64,000 nt of DNA. Source: Zootoca vivipara (lineage: Eukaryota). Shown one piece after another: positions 63,540 through 64,000 of the stretch; within the stretch, counting starts at the first letter, position 1; every line of letters starts with the position of its first letter. The stretch spans positions 868,001 through 932,000 of the forward strand of contig NC_083282.1 in NCBI RefSeq assembly GCF_963506605.1, written 5' to 3'. A program made the position numbers and the translations under genes. The notes beneath the pieces were generated by a model. That model was not told the origin of the DNA and did no database searches. It worked only from the letters and a program-made list of their open reading frames with translations.

Positions 63540-63975
63540 GGAGCACAGCCCGGCGGAGCGTGAGTTCGCCATTCCCGCCGCACCGCGCCGCACCCTCCCT
63601 CCAGCTCCCCGGCGCGCCCTCAGGCAAGGCCAAGCGCGGCGGGGAACCAGGGAGCGCAGCGCGGTGGGCGGGAACGCCGAACTCGCGCTCCGCTGGGCTG
63701 GGCTCCGCCTCCGCCCACCAGCCCTGCTGCTAGGGAGGGGCACAGCCCGGCGGAGCGCGAGTTCGCCGTTCCCGCCCGCCGCGCTGCGCCCTCCCTCCAG
63801 CTCCCCGTCGCGCCCTCTGGCAAGGCCAAGCGCGGCGGGGAACCAGAGAGCGCGGCGCGGTGGGCGGGAACGCTGAACTCGCGCTCCGCTGGGCTGGGCT
63901 CCGCCTCCGCCTACCAGCCCTGCTGCTAGGGAGGGGCACAGCCCGGCGGAGCGCGGGTTCGCCGTTCCCGCCCAC
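63540..63975. repeat. GC-rich tandem repeat, ~195-bp unit, ~2.2 copies, probably TE-internal
   Basis: GCACAGCCCGGCGGAGCG recurs at ~63543, ~63739 and ~63936. Confidence 0.7.
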
Positions 63976-64000
63976 TTTATGGCCCCTCCCCTTCCGTACC

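Overview
Vertebrate genomic DNA, not prokaryotic. It is most likely a lacertid lizard, judged from Sauria SINE, BovB/RTE, CR1, L2 and hAT/Tigger MITE content. Contents from left to right: (1) first coding exon and CpG promoter of CRIP2 (-); (2) a decayed Charlie/SPIN-group hAT transposon and a degenerate telomere-like tract; (3) an intact Y3 RNA gene with a complete type-3 Pol III promoter (+), followed by a decapitated Y1-like relic; (4) the complete 10-exon PDIA4/ERp72 gene (-; 643 aa, three CGHC sites, KEEL) with UPR elements; (5) an intact tRNA-Ala(CGC) facing a decayed tRNA-Gly(GCC); (6) SCARNA13/U93 (-) in an intron of a putative SNHG10-like host transcribed divergently from GLRX5 (+; 2 exons, CGFS); (7) a BovB LINE nested in a MITE; (8) a multiply disabled CHST14 pseudogene (-) whose CpG island appears to feed an unidentified + strand transcript. 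I found no wholly new biological system. The best leads are the apparently split or eroded Y RNA cluster, the CHST14 pseudogene, the mosaic synteny and the non-coding host gene invisible to the ORF track. Homology calls come from recall of reference sequences, not database searches. Most long GC-rich ORFs in the track are spurious.
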